A DNA stretch of 63,426 nt, the filler included, from Octopus bimaculoides (lineage: Eukaryota): NCBI RefSeq assembly GCF_001194135.2. It is 7 parts of 6 records of this genome, joined end to end, with 100 filler letters (N's around TTAATTAATTAA, not from the genome) between each part and the next. Parts side by side here need not be neighbours in the genome. Positions count along the whole stretch, not along the records: positions 1 to 9,937 come from NC_068989.1; positions 10,038 to 33,084 come from NC_068997.1; 5 more parts are not named here. The stretch is one strand, 5' to 3'. Each line of letters begins with the position of its first letter. The stretch's first letter is position 1. The notes below the pieces were generated by a model. That model made no database searches. It worked only from the letters and a program-made list of their open reading frames with translations, and had not been told where the DNA came from. Made by a program: the position numbers and the translations under genes. Positions 1 through 12,967 of this stretch are shown one piece after another.

Positions 1-555
1 ATATATATATATATATAAATATATATATATATATGCATATATATATATAATTATGTATATATATGTATATATAATTATGTATATATATATAGGGAGGTGT
101 ATAATATTGTGCTTAACATAATTTATCATGTATATCAATGTATATATACATAAATATATATAAATATAAATTCACATGTACATACATATATACGTGAAAT
201 TATGATTAGCTCAAGTTTATGTTATTGGTTCATACGTACGTTTCAACATTATGGTTGCTGGGAACATTGCATTGGATATTCACATTTCATATGAATTTGG
301 ATGCTTAACCTGAATGGATCAGGAGGAAACACTTTATTAGATTAAGTTCCAGTCACCTGGTGTTAAGTGATGAGCAAATGGTGAGGCATTTATAAGTAAT
401 TTAAATGGGAAATAGAAGAAAAGAAAAAAAAACAACTGACAGCGAATAATAAAGTGGAACTAAGAAACAAAAGATATTTGAGGAATAGAGAAGATAGAGA
501 ATTAAAAAGATAAAAAGAGGAGGTAGAAAAGAGAAGTGAGAAAGAATAATAAGGG

Positions 556-985
556 AATATCCTTTTCTACTCTAGGCGCAAGGCCCGAAATTTTGGAGGA
601 GGGGGCCAGTCGATTAGATCGAACCAGTACGCAACTGGTGCTTAATTTATCGACCCCGAAAGGATGAAAGGCAAAGTCGACCTCGACGGAATTTGAACTT
701 AGAACGTAAAGACAGACGAAATACCGCTGAGCATTTCCCGCGGCGTGCTAACGTTTCATATTTATTTATTGCCCACAAGGGGCTAAACATAGAGGGGACA
801 AACAAGGGCAGACAAGGGATTAAGTCGATTACATCGACCACAGTCGATGGTACTTAATTTATCGACTCCGAAAGGATGAAAGGCATAGTCGACCTCGGTG
901 GAATTTGAACTCAGAACATAAAGACAGACGAAATACTGCTAAGCATTTCGCCCGGCGTGCTAACATTTCTGCCAGCTCGCCGCCT
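556..985 (-). mobile_element. Tandem pair of SINE family B copies with different 3' tails (556-767 and 768-985)
   Basis: Shared body GTTCAAATTCC..GAGGTCGAC..GGGGTCGATAAATTAAGTACC. Tails are GGGCCTTGCGCCTAGAGTAGAAAAGG and GCCCCTTGTGGGCAATAAATAAAT. Confidence 0.8.
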
Positions 986-3446
986 TATAATGGGAGAATA
1001 TTGGAAGAAAAAAGTATGAGAGGAGGCAAGCTAGAAAGCAAGAAGTTTAAGTTGGATAATCCTAAAAAGGATAAAAGAAAATTTATAACAACTTGATAAC
1101 GTAAGTAAAATGAATATATAAATGAAAATAAAAACAGCCAAGAGACAAAGAAAGACGAAGAGAGAAAGAGACGATTGCATAGTTGGAAAGAGAGTACAGG
1201 AGAAGGGGAGAGATGTAAGAGATTAATAAAAGAGGAGACAGTTAATTGTGAGTGAATAACATATTGATTGAAACCAAAGATTTTGGAAAATGAATGTAAA
1301 CACAAATGTATACATAAATGTGAGTAGGTCATGACCTCACATATGATAGGTGCCTAAAGGTCATTTCTGTATGTTTCAAAAAGTCTAATTATAAACAGAC
1401 TCATCTTCTCTAGGTACAAAATTATAGATTCATACATAAACATAATGACGTGCCGACCTACACGCACACACACACAAAAACACACACACACACACGCACG
1501 TGCACGCACGCACACACACACATACACATGCACGCACACACACACACACACACACATACAATACACTCACATAATACATACATATAGATGCATAATACAC
1601 AAACACACGCACACCCATACACACATATAAAAACATTCACATATACGGGCATATATATTCATTAATTCATTATATAGGCGCAGGAGTAGCTGNNNNNNNN
1701 NNNNNNNNNNNNNNNNNNNNNNNNNNNNNNNNNNNNNNNNNNNNNNNNNNNNNNNNNNNNNNNNNNNNNNNNNNNNNNNNNNNNNNNNNNNNNNNNNNNN
1801 NNNNNNNNNNNNNNNNNNNNNNNNNNNNNNNNNNNNNNNNNNNNNNNNNNNNNNNNNNNNNNNNNNNNNNNNNNNNNNNNNNNNNNNNNNNNNNNNNNNN
1901 NNNNNNNNNNNNNNNNNNNNNNNNNNNNNNNNNNNNNNNNNNNNNNNNNNNNNNNNNNNNNNNNNNNNNNNNNNNNNNNNNNNNNNNNNNNNNNNNNNNN
2001 NNNNNNNNNNNNNNNNNNNNNNNNNNNNNNNNNNNNNNNNNNNNNNNNNNNNNNNNNNNNNNNNNNNNNNNNNNNNNNNNNNNNNNNNNNNNNNNNNNNN
2101 NNNNNNNNNNNNNNNNNNNNNNNNNNNNNNNNNNNNNNNNNNNNNNNNNNNNNNNNNNNNNNNNNNNNNNNNNNNNNNNNNNNNNNNNNNNNNNNNNNNN
2201 NNNNNNNNNNNNNNNNNNNNNNNNNNNNNNNNNNNNNNNNNNNNNNNNNNNNNNNNNNNNNNNNNNNNNNNNNNNNNNNNNNNNNNNNNNNNNNNNNNNN
2301 NNNNNNNNNNNNNNNNNNNNNNNNNNNNNNNNNNNNNNNNNNNNNNNNNNNNNNNNNNNNNNNNNNNNNNNNNNNNNNNNNNNNNNNNNNNNNNNNNNNN
2401 NNNNNNNNNNNNNNNNNNNNNNNNNNNNNNNNNNNNNNNNNNNNNNNNNNNNNNNNNNNNNNNNNNNNNNNNNNNNNNNNNNNNNNNNNNNNNNNNNNNN
2501 NNNNNNNNNNNNNNNNNNNNNNNNNNNNNNNNNNNNNNNNNNNNNNNNNNNNNNNNNNNNNNNNNNNNNNNNNNNNNNNNNNNNNNNTTTCCTGTCTTGT
2601 TTTTGTCCGCCACTACATTCCTCCATGGCTAGATTTAATTTCCGTATACAAATTTAATCTGCGATCCATGGGACGAGCCGTTTTAACGATGCGTCCTGCC
2701 CAAGCTCGTCGAAACGCCGGTGTTAAAACGTGGGTAGCTGATGAAGTAGAATGTTCTCTATGTGGCTCGTGTGTTCTCGTCTACGTTTGTTTGCAATGTC
2801 CTGTACCCAGATATGCACCTATACATACAGGTGGATGTCGGTATGCACATACCTGTACGTATATATGCATATACTCATTTACTATTTGTTTTTTTATATA
2901 TATATATATGCAGAGAGAGAGATAGAGAGATAGAGAGAGAGATAGAGAGAGAGGGAAATATTAGGAGGCATAAAATTGACATATATACACAAATTCTGTA
3001 TTAATCGTTAGTATTGTTTATATTTGTTTACTCATAGAATTTAAAACTTTTGGATTTTCTATGTAAACAGTCGATAATTGAATCTTTTCTGCTATTAACA
3101 AGGCCATCTCCAGCCACAAGAATTTCCAATGCTTCTTTTAACCATAATCTGCAACAACTACTCTCCCCTCTATTATAATTTGTAGAACATAGTATACATT
3201 ATTGTAATTTATGGCCTAAACTTTTTTGATTTTAAGTCATGTGTATACACGGAAACTGATGTCGTTTATCATAATTTCACCGATATTTGCCGTGTATTCC
3301 ATAACTAGTAATATAGCTAAGAACAACGGGTGCTTAACTACTAAATTAGAAACAGACTGGATAATCTAGTTGGCGGTCCACACTTAACAGTAACAGGCGC
3401 ACATCGATCTGTACGGACACAAACACACACACATTCAGATATCTAT

Positions 3447-3479
<33 letters not shown>

Positions 3480-3779
3480 CACANNNNNNNNNNNNNNNNN
3501 NNNNNNNNNNNNNNNNNNNNNNNNNNNNNNNNNNNNNNNNNNNNNNNNNNNNNNNNNNNNNNNNNNNNNNNNNNNNNNNNNNNNNNNNNNNNNNNNNNNN
3601 NNNNNNNNNNNNNNNNNNNNNNNNNNNNNNNNNNNNNNNNNNNNNNNNNNNNNNNNNNNNNNNNNNNNNNNNNNNNNNNNNNNNNNNNNNNNNNNNNNNN
3701 NNNNNNNNNNNNNNNNNNNNNNNNNNNNNNNNNNNNNNNNNNNNNNNNNNNNNNNNNNNNNNNNNNNNNNNNNNNNNNN

Positions 3780-3823
<44 letters not shown>

Positions 3824-4044
3824 GTATACACGTACATAAATGTGTGCGTGTTTCTGTGTATATTATCCAAGTTTGTGAACTATAGCATCGTTGGTTTGCA
3901 GATGCCTCTGGGTGACAGGGGAGTTCCTGTAATTCAAAGCAGAAGTATTTCAAGGGATTTTCTATTCTAAAATTACGCATGCCTGAGCTATGTCTACATC
4001 TGTTAATTATATTTCGTTTATTAATGCTCACACAAGCAAACACG

Positions 4045-4955
4045 TATTTCCAAGTAAAGCCGATTATTGCAATACACCAAGATTATAGGGTATTTCTAAA
4101 GTTTCAAGAATTTTTTTTTCAGGTTGGGTGGTATTGAATCCGATGACAATAGGGATAATATTTATGTTTGAATCTCGTAGCTGCCACATCTTAGCGACCT
4201 CAATTCTCAGGCCTCCATATTTATCAATATTTTGTCTTCCTCCCATGATAATATGCTGATCTCCTGGCACTGCCACATCAATTATCGGACACTCTTGTTT
4301 GTTCCTCCTTAACGTTATTATATCTGGCCTTTGGTGCTCTAACACCTTGTCTATCTGGAAGTTTAAGTCCCAGAAGATTTTTACATTCCTCTTTCCGTCC
4401 ATTGGCTTTCCCAGTGTATGTTTTTACTAAGCACCCGTTACCTCGCATCCATATTTCCGGCATAGTAGCCAGTGAAGGTTTTGGGTTACTTTGTCGTGTT
4501 TGCGCTTGTACTCTTTATGCACCAGACTATCACAAGCGCTAACAATGTGAGTCACACTTTCAACCCTCTTCTCACCTATTTTGCAGAGGTCCGTTGCACT
4601 TGTGTAGTCTATATTCTGGTATTCAATGCCTGATCCTGGGCAAAAATGACTAGGCTTTCAGTCGTCCTTTTTAGGTCACCCTTGCTGAGCCACCTCCATG
4701 ATGCTTTGTGATAAGTAGTTAGTTTCACGGTGGAACCGATCATGTAATTCCATGCAGAGTAGGCTTTCTTCTCTCGTTGGCTGTTCGTAATCGGAATTCA
4801 TAAGCACTCTCAAGTTCATTTGTGGTAAATCCTTCTGCATTAGCAGCATACTGTAGTAGGTATTCTTTGCTGTTTACCAAATATTCTGCCATGTTTCTTC
4901 TTTCACTGATGAACCACTCCTGTACGCTAATCAGCCAATGTCCACTTTTACACAT
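4045..4955 (-). mobile_element. R4/Dong-type LINE 3' fragment (zinc-finger region + restriction-like endonuclease)
   Basis: WDLNFQIDKVLEHQRPDII..CPIIDVAVP (PD..D REL motif), with an upstream RHDKV-like motif. Frameshifted. Confidence 0.8.
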
Positions 4956-4956
<1 letters not shown>

Positions 4957-4999
<43 letters not shown>

Positions 5000-5106
5000 G
5001 CTGCTGCTGCTGTTGTTGTTACTGTTGTAGTTGTTATAATTATTCTTGTTATTATTATCATTATTATTGTTGTTGTTGTTCTTATTATTATCATTATTAT
5101 TGTTAC

Positions 5107-5177
<71 letters not shown>
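4957..5177. repeat. Compound trinucleotide microsatellite (TAC)n-(TGC)n-(TGT/TAT)n
   Basis: Read directly from the sequence. Confidence 0.95.
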
Positions 5178-5178
<1 letters not shown>

Positions 5179-5400
5179 GGCAACTAGTTGGCAGAATCGT
5201 TTTCCCGCCAGTTAAATGGTGGCATGTGGCCCATCTTTATGTTCTGATTTCAAATACCGCCGTTGTCGACCTAGCCTTTCCCCTATTCTGGCTAGATCGA
5301 TAAAATAAGTACCAATTGAACACCGAAGTTGATCTAATCGACTAAGACCCTTCCTCCAAAATTTCTGGCTTTCTGCTAAAATTTCGAACCAGTATTATTA
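5179..5400 (+). mobile_element. SINE family B, decayed
   Basis: Same body motifs (GTCGACC, GATAAAATAAGTACC, CCAAAATTTC) with an (ATT)n tail. Confidence 0.6.
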
Positions 5401-7826
5401 ATATAATTATCATTTCTGTTATTATTATTGTTGTTGCTATTGTTATTGTCATCGTGGTTGCTGTCGTTTCCGTCGTCATCGTTATTATCGTTTGGTTTAG
5501 CAGGATTTAAAGCTTCACTACCCACGTGTTGTTAACGTTACATTTGTCATGCTGATGTTCTGATGTCATTGCTATTATCATCGATAATATCGACATTGCA
5601 TCACACTACATTACACAATATTATACACAATATCACCAAAAAATGCAACTGCTTCTATCATTACAGCTGCCATCACATACCTACTATTAAACAACAGTAA
5701 CATCATTACTACCGCAACCTACATTGCCGCCGCCACCACCTACACTGCCGCCGCCACCACCACCACGATTACTACCATCTCTACAGCGACCGTTATTAGT
5801 ACTCCTACACGTAAGAAACAGCATACGCATACACTCGCATACATATGAACACATATGCTCACGAAACAACACGTACACCCACAAATGCAAACACACAGAT
5901 GCACCATACACACAAATACATTCACGCGAACAAATATGTGTACACACACAGATACAAANNNNNNNNNNNNNNNNNNNNNNNNNNNNNNNNNNNNNNNNNN
6001 NNNNNNNNNNNNNNNNNNNNNNNNNNNNNNNNNNNNNNNNNNNNNNNNNNNNNNNNNNNNNNNNNNNNNNNNNNNNNNNNNNNNNNNNNNNNNNNNNNNN
6101 NNNNNNNNNNNNNNNNNNNNNNNNNNNNNNNNNNNNNNNNNNTTTATTTCTTTCTAAAATGTAAATGTTGGGTTATTTTGGTGTCCATCGATCCATATAA
6201 TGTGCTTTAGAGAAAGGAAAAGGAAAAGAAAGCCAAAAAAAGATTAACCAAAAGGAAAAACAAATTAAACGAAAATGAAAGAGAAATAGCGACAAGAAAA
6301 GAAAGAAAATGGATAATATCTTTTCTTTTGGATGGGTAGATCTATCATCGAGGTAGAAGTAGATTTATTCACATGGATCCATGGTTTCCTTTCGGTAACA
6401 CTGTCTAATAATTGGTTGTGCTTTATATTGAGGACTCAGTACGAATGCCCTATATCGTAAGGGAAAATAAAATGACAGTTATTGAACTTGAGGCGTTACC
6501 ATGATTTATTGTGAATTAATTTCTGTCTCTGTGAACTCCAAGTCAGACCTGATCAGTTAGAGGCGTTCCAAATATGGCCATCCTATCATTTTCCGACCAA
6601 TGTGAAGCTCACATCTTCATCATCTGACGTGCTGTTTTTGAGGCGGCATGATGCAATTGGATGGAATTCTGTGAAATAATTCTAAGTCAACCGCGCGAAG
6701 TCGAAACTTCGTCAATGTTTCTTGCGCGATTGACATTGGCAGGAAGCATAAATTTTTGGACAAAATACATTGTAGTATTGATGGTTTTGGAATCCTCTAC
6801 ATTAGAGTTCAAATTCTATCAGCATCAACTCTGCAATTCATTCTTTCACATTTAATCAAACAAGCAACATTACTCGATTCGACCGATGGTTTCTTTCAAC
6901 GTAGTTCAAATAGGTACCAGTAATAATTTTAACCAATTGCTCCTTTCTCGATTGATAGAACTAATATTAGTACACGATTCAACCGAATGCTCCAAAATAT
7001 GTGACACAGTACCAGTCTTTGAAATCAAGAAGGGGAATACAAAGTAATCGACCTCGATCAGTTATGGGAAATGGTTGAAGGCATGTTGAGTATCTTACAA
7101 TATTCTTTAATATCCCCTGTATCGTTCCTGTATGACCTGAGTTCAAGTTATACTTCTTCCATTGAATATAGTAGAATGAGCAATGCAGTTATGAAAGACA
7201 TGACAAATCATAATTGGTTTTCAAAATGTCACCTTCATTACTATAACGAAGCAAAAATCGGTATGTAGCAATTTATTTTGTTTGAGAAATACTGTTGAGA
7301 TGTTTTGTGTCCTACTTCTCAAACTCTGCTAAACTGAAGTCTGTTGAGGATGATTACATAGGGATAGGCATACCAAATAATGTTCCTTACTTCAAAAATA
7401 GTCACCTATTCATGGTTCAAGAGAACCGTGTCACAAATTCACTCAATGCTGTAAACAGTATAAAATGAGGGCGAACTTCTGATTCTGCGAGCAATGAATT
7501 TATAAAAGACATGACACACCTCTCATCGTCTCTTACCTCCTCTCTACTGTCCTTGAACCTCTTGCCAGCAAAAACCAGATGCTCGGCTCATGCCAGTTAA
7601 TTCCATAAGCAGTGTGAGGAATTTCACAAGTTTCTGTCGCGTTTTTGCCCATTTAATACGAAATTTTATTGCATAGCTAGCTTCCAAATTGTCTTCGCAT
7701 TTCGAATGCATTCTGAAAACTAGTTACCTGTAAGAAGCAGTATTCAGTAGGGTGTGTTCAAAATGCGGCTACAGCCGTCACTTTCAATGTAGAACACAAT
7801 TTGGGGGTGGGTTAGTTTCTTAGATG

Positions 7827-7907
7827 TACGAGAGGGTGCTGAAAAATTCCTGGCTTTGGGTAAAAGAAAATATAGGAGGAACAGTTAATTATAATTTTAT
7901 TCAGCAT
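7827..7907 (+). mobile_element. Mariner-type terminal remnant
   Basis: TACGAGAGGGTGCTGAAAAATTCCTGGC resembles TACGAGGG.. mariner termini. No partner end found. Confidence 0.4.
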
Positions 7908-8714
7908 GATTTAAGGATATTACTTTTTAATACCCTTGCTTAAACTTATTTTGAACACATTTCTTGTATGTAGCGAAGTTAATGTTTGCCACAGAATCTA
8001 AAATGCTCTCAGTACATTGCTTGATATTTGTACTCCATTGAAATTTTTATCGTCTTAATATTGTAGTGTTTCAAAACAATATTTACTAATTAAGAATCAA
8101 ATAGACGTAATTGCATTTGCTATGTTACAGCGCAGCGAATTCTCCATTCACCCTGGTGGTGTCCTTCAGTGATGTTTAACGATGTGAGGGTAACTTTAAT
8201 AGAGAAGTCAATTTTGTGTATAACCACATTTGCACTATAATACTTAAATAGATAATGTGTTTGATTTCCAGTGAATATTTCATAATTTGTCTGCATTAAG
8301 TAATATATATAAAACCTGTTTCAAAATATGTCATGTTTTGGAGTGCGAAAAAGTGTGAAGGAGGAAACATTCACAAAATATAGAGAACTCAATATCGATG
8401 GCAAAGTTAAATACCATTATACAGTTCTTCAGGAATATGAAGAAATATGATCACGATTGTCTTAGCAGCATTATAGTCCCCTGGGGAAATCAATGCACTG
8501 GTCCCTATACTATCTGTTTATTGATTGTGTGCCACAGAATACACAGATCAAAATTGAGCGCCTTTGACCCGCGAGTCCCCTGGACTACTACTCAGTGTTC
8601 TTCTACAGTCCTGAATACTTTGAAGACAAGTTTTATGTTGAGACAAGCTTCAACAGTCAGCACTGCACAGAACCAAAGGTCTGTATCAGCTTGGGTTTCA
8701 AGGCACCACGACTC

Positions 8715-8959
8715 CTTTACTCTTTTACTTGTTTCAGTCATTTGACTGTGGCCATGCTGGAGCACCGCCTTTAGTCGAGCACATCGACCCTAGGACTTAT
8801 TCTTTTTAAAGCCTAGTACTTATTCTATCGGCTCTTTTGCCGAACCTCTAAGTTACGGAGACGTAAACACACCAGTATCAGTTGTCAAGCAATGTTGGGG
8901 GTGATAAACACAGACACACAAACACACACACATACATACACACACACACACACACACAT

Positions 8960-8993
<34 letters not shown>

Positions 8994-9164
8994 GTATATA
9001 CAACGGGCTTCTTTCAGTTTCCGTCTACCGAATCCACTCACAAGGTTTTGGTCGGCCCGAGGCTATAGTAGAAGACACTTGCCCAAGGTTCCACACAGTG
9101 GGACTGAACCCGGAACCATGTGGTTCATAAGCAAGCTACTTACCACACAGCCACTCCTACGTCT
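8715..9164 (-). mobile_element. tRNA-derived SINE family A, full length
   Basis: Head (GG)CGTAGGAGTGGCTGTGTGGTAAG, CORE-like CCTTGGGCAAGTG, internal (CA)n/(TA)n, tail AAACAAGTAAAAGAGTAAA. Confidence 0.85.
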
Positions 9165-9800
9165 ATTCAATATTTTGCAAAACAACCTCAGAGATTTTTG
9201 AGGTGCGGATGTGTAAGTCTTCAAGGAGCGTCTGGACAAATTTTATATGATATACCAGACAAACCCACTTCGCTGTATGACGCATGAAGAAGAGTAGCTT
9301 AGTCCAACTTGCTACTTCACCAGAAAGGGTAGAGAAAAGAAACTCAATGGCTGAAACCAGTAAAAGATAAAAGATGAAAGATATCATCTCGCATAATTTT
9401 TTTTTATGAGTCTCTAAATTAGGAGATAATACATTTCATTCTTTGGGAAACTCGCAAATTTTATCTCTCAAATCAAATAGTGAAAATAAAAAGGAAGCCA
9501 ATGTAAAATACTTTCGAATTCATATCTAAACATGAAACCGTACAAAGATACACTGGTGAGGAATAGATTCCAAAACAGCCGCCTGTTTATTGTAGGAAAC
9601 GGAAATCCATATCTGGTCAATAATAACTCTATTGTCAACGTATACGGAGGTGTTACAATTCAGTTCCAGACAAAAAAAGAAAATAAATGATTACAGAATA
9701 TTCAATACAAATAAGAATCATGAATAGGAGAAAAACCTGGAGACGTAACATGAACGCAAGAGAAATCTTATATTTAGATATGTATGTATATACCTATACT

Positions 9801-9831
<31 letters not shown>

Positions 9832-9937
9832 GCACACACACACACACACACACATATATATGTATATGTATGTATATGTATGTATATATATCTATGTATA
9901 TCTATATGAATATATTATGTATATGTATATATATATA

Positions 9938-10037
9938 NNNNNNNNNNNNNNNNNNNNNNNNNNNNNNNNNNNNNNNNNNNNTTAATTAATTAANNNNNNN
10001 NNNNNNNNNNNNNNNNNNNNNNNNNNNNNNNNNNNNN
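9938..10037. other. Artificial scaffold spacer N44-TTAATTAATTAA-N44 (also 33085-33184, 42078-42177, 44257-44356, 54084-54183, 60191-60290)
   Basis: Six identical 100-bp blocks; the 12-mer contains stop codons in all six frames. Confidence 0.95.
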
Positions 10038-10560
10038 AAAAAAAAAAAAAAAAATGAAATAAATTCATTTGGCACCAGATGAAGACATTTGAATTGTTTC
10101 CAACTTCCATGTAATTTAGTTGGTGAGGACAATGGAAGCTGGCAAGCTCTGTTTATGAGTTTTACATCCCCATGTATCAACAAATATGTTTGTGATAAGC
10201 CAGACATTGTCTTTAATGCAGCCTCTTTCATTTCATGAACCAGTTAAACTAGTTCTCATAAAATATATTCTGTAAATAATTCAAAGGATCAGCTCCATCA
10301 GTGTTTTGGCATCCCATTTTTGCATGCTTGCATGAGTTTGACAGAACTTGCTGAGGCAAATGCTCTTTCTGTCACCCACCCTTCCTTGATGAATATTTTA
10401 GCCAATCCTTTAAACACCAGCAGCTCAATGACTGGCTGTCTTCATGCAAAAGATTCCAAAGGTGTGACACTGTTTGTATAACTGGAATGGTTGTTTACAC
10501 TTGGTGTGCAATGCCAAGACAAGGGAGACCTGAACACATACGAGTGTGTATGGGTGTATA

Positions 10561-10741
10561 TTACTCTTTTACTTGTTTCAGTCATTTGACTGCGGCCATG
10601 CTGGAGCACCGCCTTTTAGTCGAGCAAATCGACCCCAGGACTTATTCTTTGTAAGCCCAGTACTTATTCTATCGGTCTCTTTTGCCGAATCACTAAGTTA
10701 TGGGGACGTAAACACACCAGCATCGGTTGTCAAGCGAAGTT

Positions 10742-10801
<60 letters not shown>

Positions 10802-10972
10802 ATATACATATATACGACAGGCTTCTTTCAGTTTCCGTCTACCAAATCCACTCGCAAGGCTTTGGTCGGCCCAAGGCTATAGTAGAAGACACTTGCCCAA
10901 GGTGCCATGCAGTGGGACTGAACCCAGAACCATGTAGTTGGTAAGCAAGCTACTTACGGCACAGCCACTCCT
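10561..10972 (-). mobile_element. SINE family A, full length
   Basis: Colinear with 8715-9164. Confidence 0.85.
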
Positions 10973-11029
10973 ATATATGTTTATATACATACACACACAT
11001 TTGTTTTTTCATACCGGTATGGGTTAGGT

Positions 11030-11273
11030 CAATGGTTCTCAATTGGGGTCCACAGAAGATTTTGCTGTTAAAAATTTCTCTCCAATAAATTGGTCATACT
11101 TCTGCAATACGCAAAATAATTTAACGATTTTTATTTTCATATAATTCCTAATGATTTTTAATTATAAAAATCTGATCGAATTTTTTTTAAACCTCAGATG
11201 GTTATGAGGATCCAGGTGAGTAAAACCTTAATCAAAGGAGTTCATAGGTAAAAAAAAAAAATTTAGAATTGCT
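11030..11273. mobile_element. hAT-like MITE, decayed
   Basis: CAATGGTTCTCAATTGGGGTCC ... TTTAGAATTGCTG. Same family as 15693-16038. Confidence 0.5.
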
Positions 11274-11480
11274 GGGTTTGATCAATCTATTATTGGAGCA
11301 TTGTATTACAGCCAGGTGCTCTTCCTGTAGCTAACTTGAACCTGTCTTCAAATAAAGGATCTCTGACAGCACAAAGTCAGTGGACAGCTTGGCAGCAGAA
11401 AATGGCATTACTACTTGGAGATCAGAGATTTTTGGAGAACTGCAAATATAAGTGCATGCATGCACACACACACACATACA

Positions 11481-11625
11481 CACAGAGGCTTCTTTCAGTT
11501 TCTGTCTACCAAATCCACTTATAAGACTTTGGGGTCAGATTGGTGCTTGTAGTAGAAGGCACTGCACAGTGAGATTGAACCCAAAACTGTGTGCTCTGGA
11601 AGCAAATATTTTGACTACATAACAA
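11481..11625 (-). mobile_element. SINE family A, decayed 5' half
   Basis: GGCTTCTTTCAGTTTCTGTCTACCAAATCCAC motif. Confidence 0.6.
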
Positions 11626-11985
11626 GCTATATACAACCTTAATTGCTAAATTGCTAACAAATGTAGATTTTTATTTCTCTGGAGCATCCTTCTTTATTTT
11701 AAAAGCATCATCCTGCAAGATTCTCTCTTCCAACAGTTACACTTTAGCTAATTCTCTGATCTAATTTTGATTCTCAGTTGCAGCTTTGTCGTCCATTCAT
11801 CTGTGAGTGTTTCTGGCTTTGTGAAATAAACTCTTTTACTCCTGACAAAGCAAGAGTAACTATGGAAGCTATAACTTACATCTTAAAAAGAATTCTTCAG
11901 AAGAGGAATTGTTGAAATATGTTGAGTCTTTGTGCCAAGAAACCAATATAAAGGCCTTTTCGTTTTCTGGGTCACTTGCAATGCC

Positions 11986-11986
11986 A

Positions 11987-12025
<39 letters not shown>

Positions 12026-12263
12026 TTTTCTCTTTCTCTCTTTCTCTCTCTCTCTTTCTCTCTNNNNNNNNNNNNNNNNNNNNNNNNNNNNNNNNNNNNN
12101 NNNNNNNNNNNNNNNNNNNNNNNNNNNNNNNNNNNNNNNNNNNNNNNNNNNNNNNNNNNNNNNNNNNNNNNNNNNNNNNNNNNNNNNNNNNNNNNNNNNN
12201 NNNNNNNNNNNNNNNNNNNNNNCTTTCTCTTTCTCTCTCTCTCTTTCTTTCTCTCTCTCTCTT

Positions 12264-12302
<39 letters not shown>

Positions 12303-12303
12303 G
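11986..12303. repeat. (CT)n microsatellite with an internal gap
   Basis: Read directly from the sequence. Confidence 0.95.
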
Positions 12304-12410
12304 ATTTCCTTTGTATTCTCTTTTTTTTTTGTTTTCCTTTTTATCTCCTAAAAACTTGCAACTGATCATTATTCGGTCAGCACATTTTTCATATGATGTC
12401 CCTTTTCCAG

Positions 12411-12498
12411 GTTTATGGTGAACCGAAGAATTTTTGTTGTTGGGTTTGGTCTCTATGGGAGTATACATGGCCCCACGGATTATTTAGTCACCATTGAA
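12411..12498 (+). CDS. BTBD1/2: BTB/POZ-BACK-PHR protein (BTBD1/2-like), internal exon starting the PHR domain
   Basis: Acceptor ttttccAG at 12409-12410, donor GTaaga at 12499. Encodes (R)[29 protein letters not shown], matching the BTBD1/2 motif [25 protein letters not shown]. Confidence 0.95.
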
Positions 12499-12967
12499 GT
12501 AAGATTTTTTTTGACTCTTCTAAATTTTTCTTTTGTTTTATGTTTTTTATATAATCCTCATAATTCTGCCTCTGTTTTTCATCCTGCTATGGGTTGGACA
12601 GTTTGACAGGGGCTGGCAAAGCCAGGGACCATTCCAGGTTCTTTAGTCTGTTTTAGCTTGGTTTCTACAGCAGGGTGCCCTTCCTAACACCAACCATTTT
12701 ATAGGGAGTAGTGGGTGCTTTTTTGTGACACCAGCTCCAGTGCTTTTTTTGTGTGTTAGGGGTTGAAATGTGAGTGGTGGGGAGAAAGTTGATGGGGCAG
12801 AGCCCTTCAAGGACAAGCATTTATGTGACTGACCAGACTATTGGATGTTGTTATACATCACTGGTCACAATGCACTTTGCATCATTTCGGCTTTTGAATG
12901 ATGCCACCCCACAGTTACCAAAAATTATAAGTGTGTGGTTCTGGGTAAAGTTGAAATATTTCAGTAA

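Noticed and set aside
2660-2750. Hammerhead-like words (GACGAGC/GCTCGTC stem, GAAACGCCGGTGTT, downstream CTGATGA)
   Set aside because: No CUGANGA precedes the stem, and the downstream CUGAUGA cannot close stem I or II in any topology I could fold.
8398-8745. 115-aa ORF
   Set aside because: TTG-initiated, no recognisable domain, and it ends in a SINE tail.
9982-9993. TTAATTAATTAA as a biological palindrome or piggyBac target
   Set aside because: It is always centred in exactly 44+44 Ns, so it is a synthetic linker.
10038-10500. Search for upstream BTBD1/2 exons (BTB/BACK, WGYSGTSDRI)
   Set aside because: No matching peptide in 1-12400; the minus-strand ORF at 9986-10231 has no recognisable similarity.
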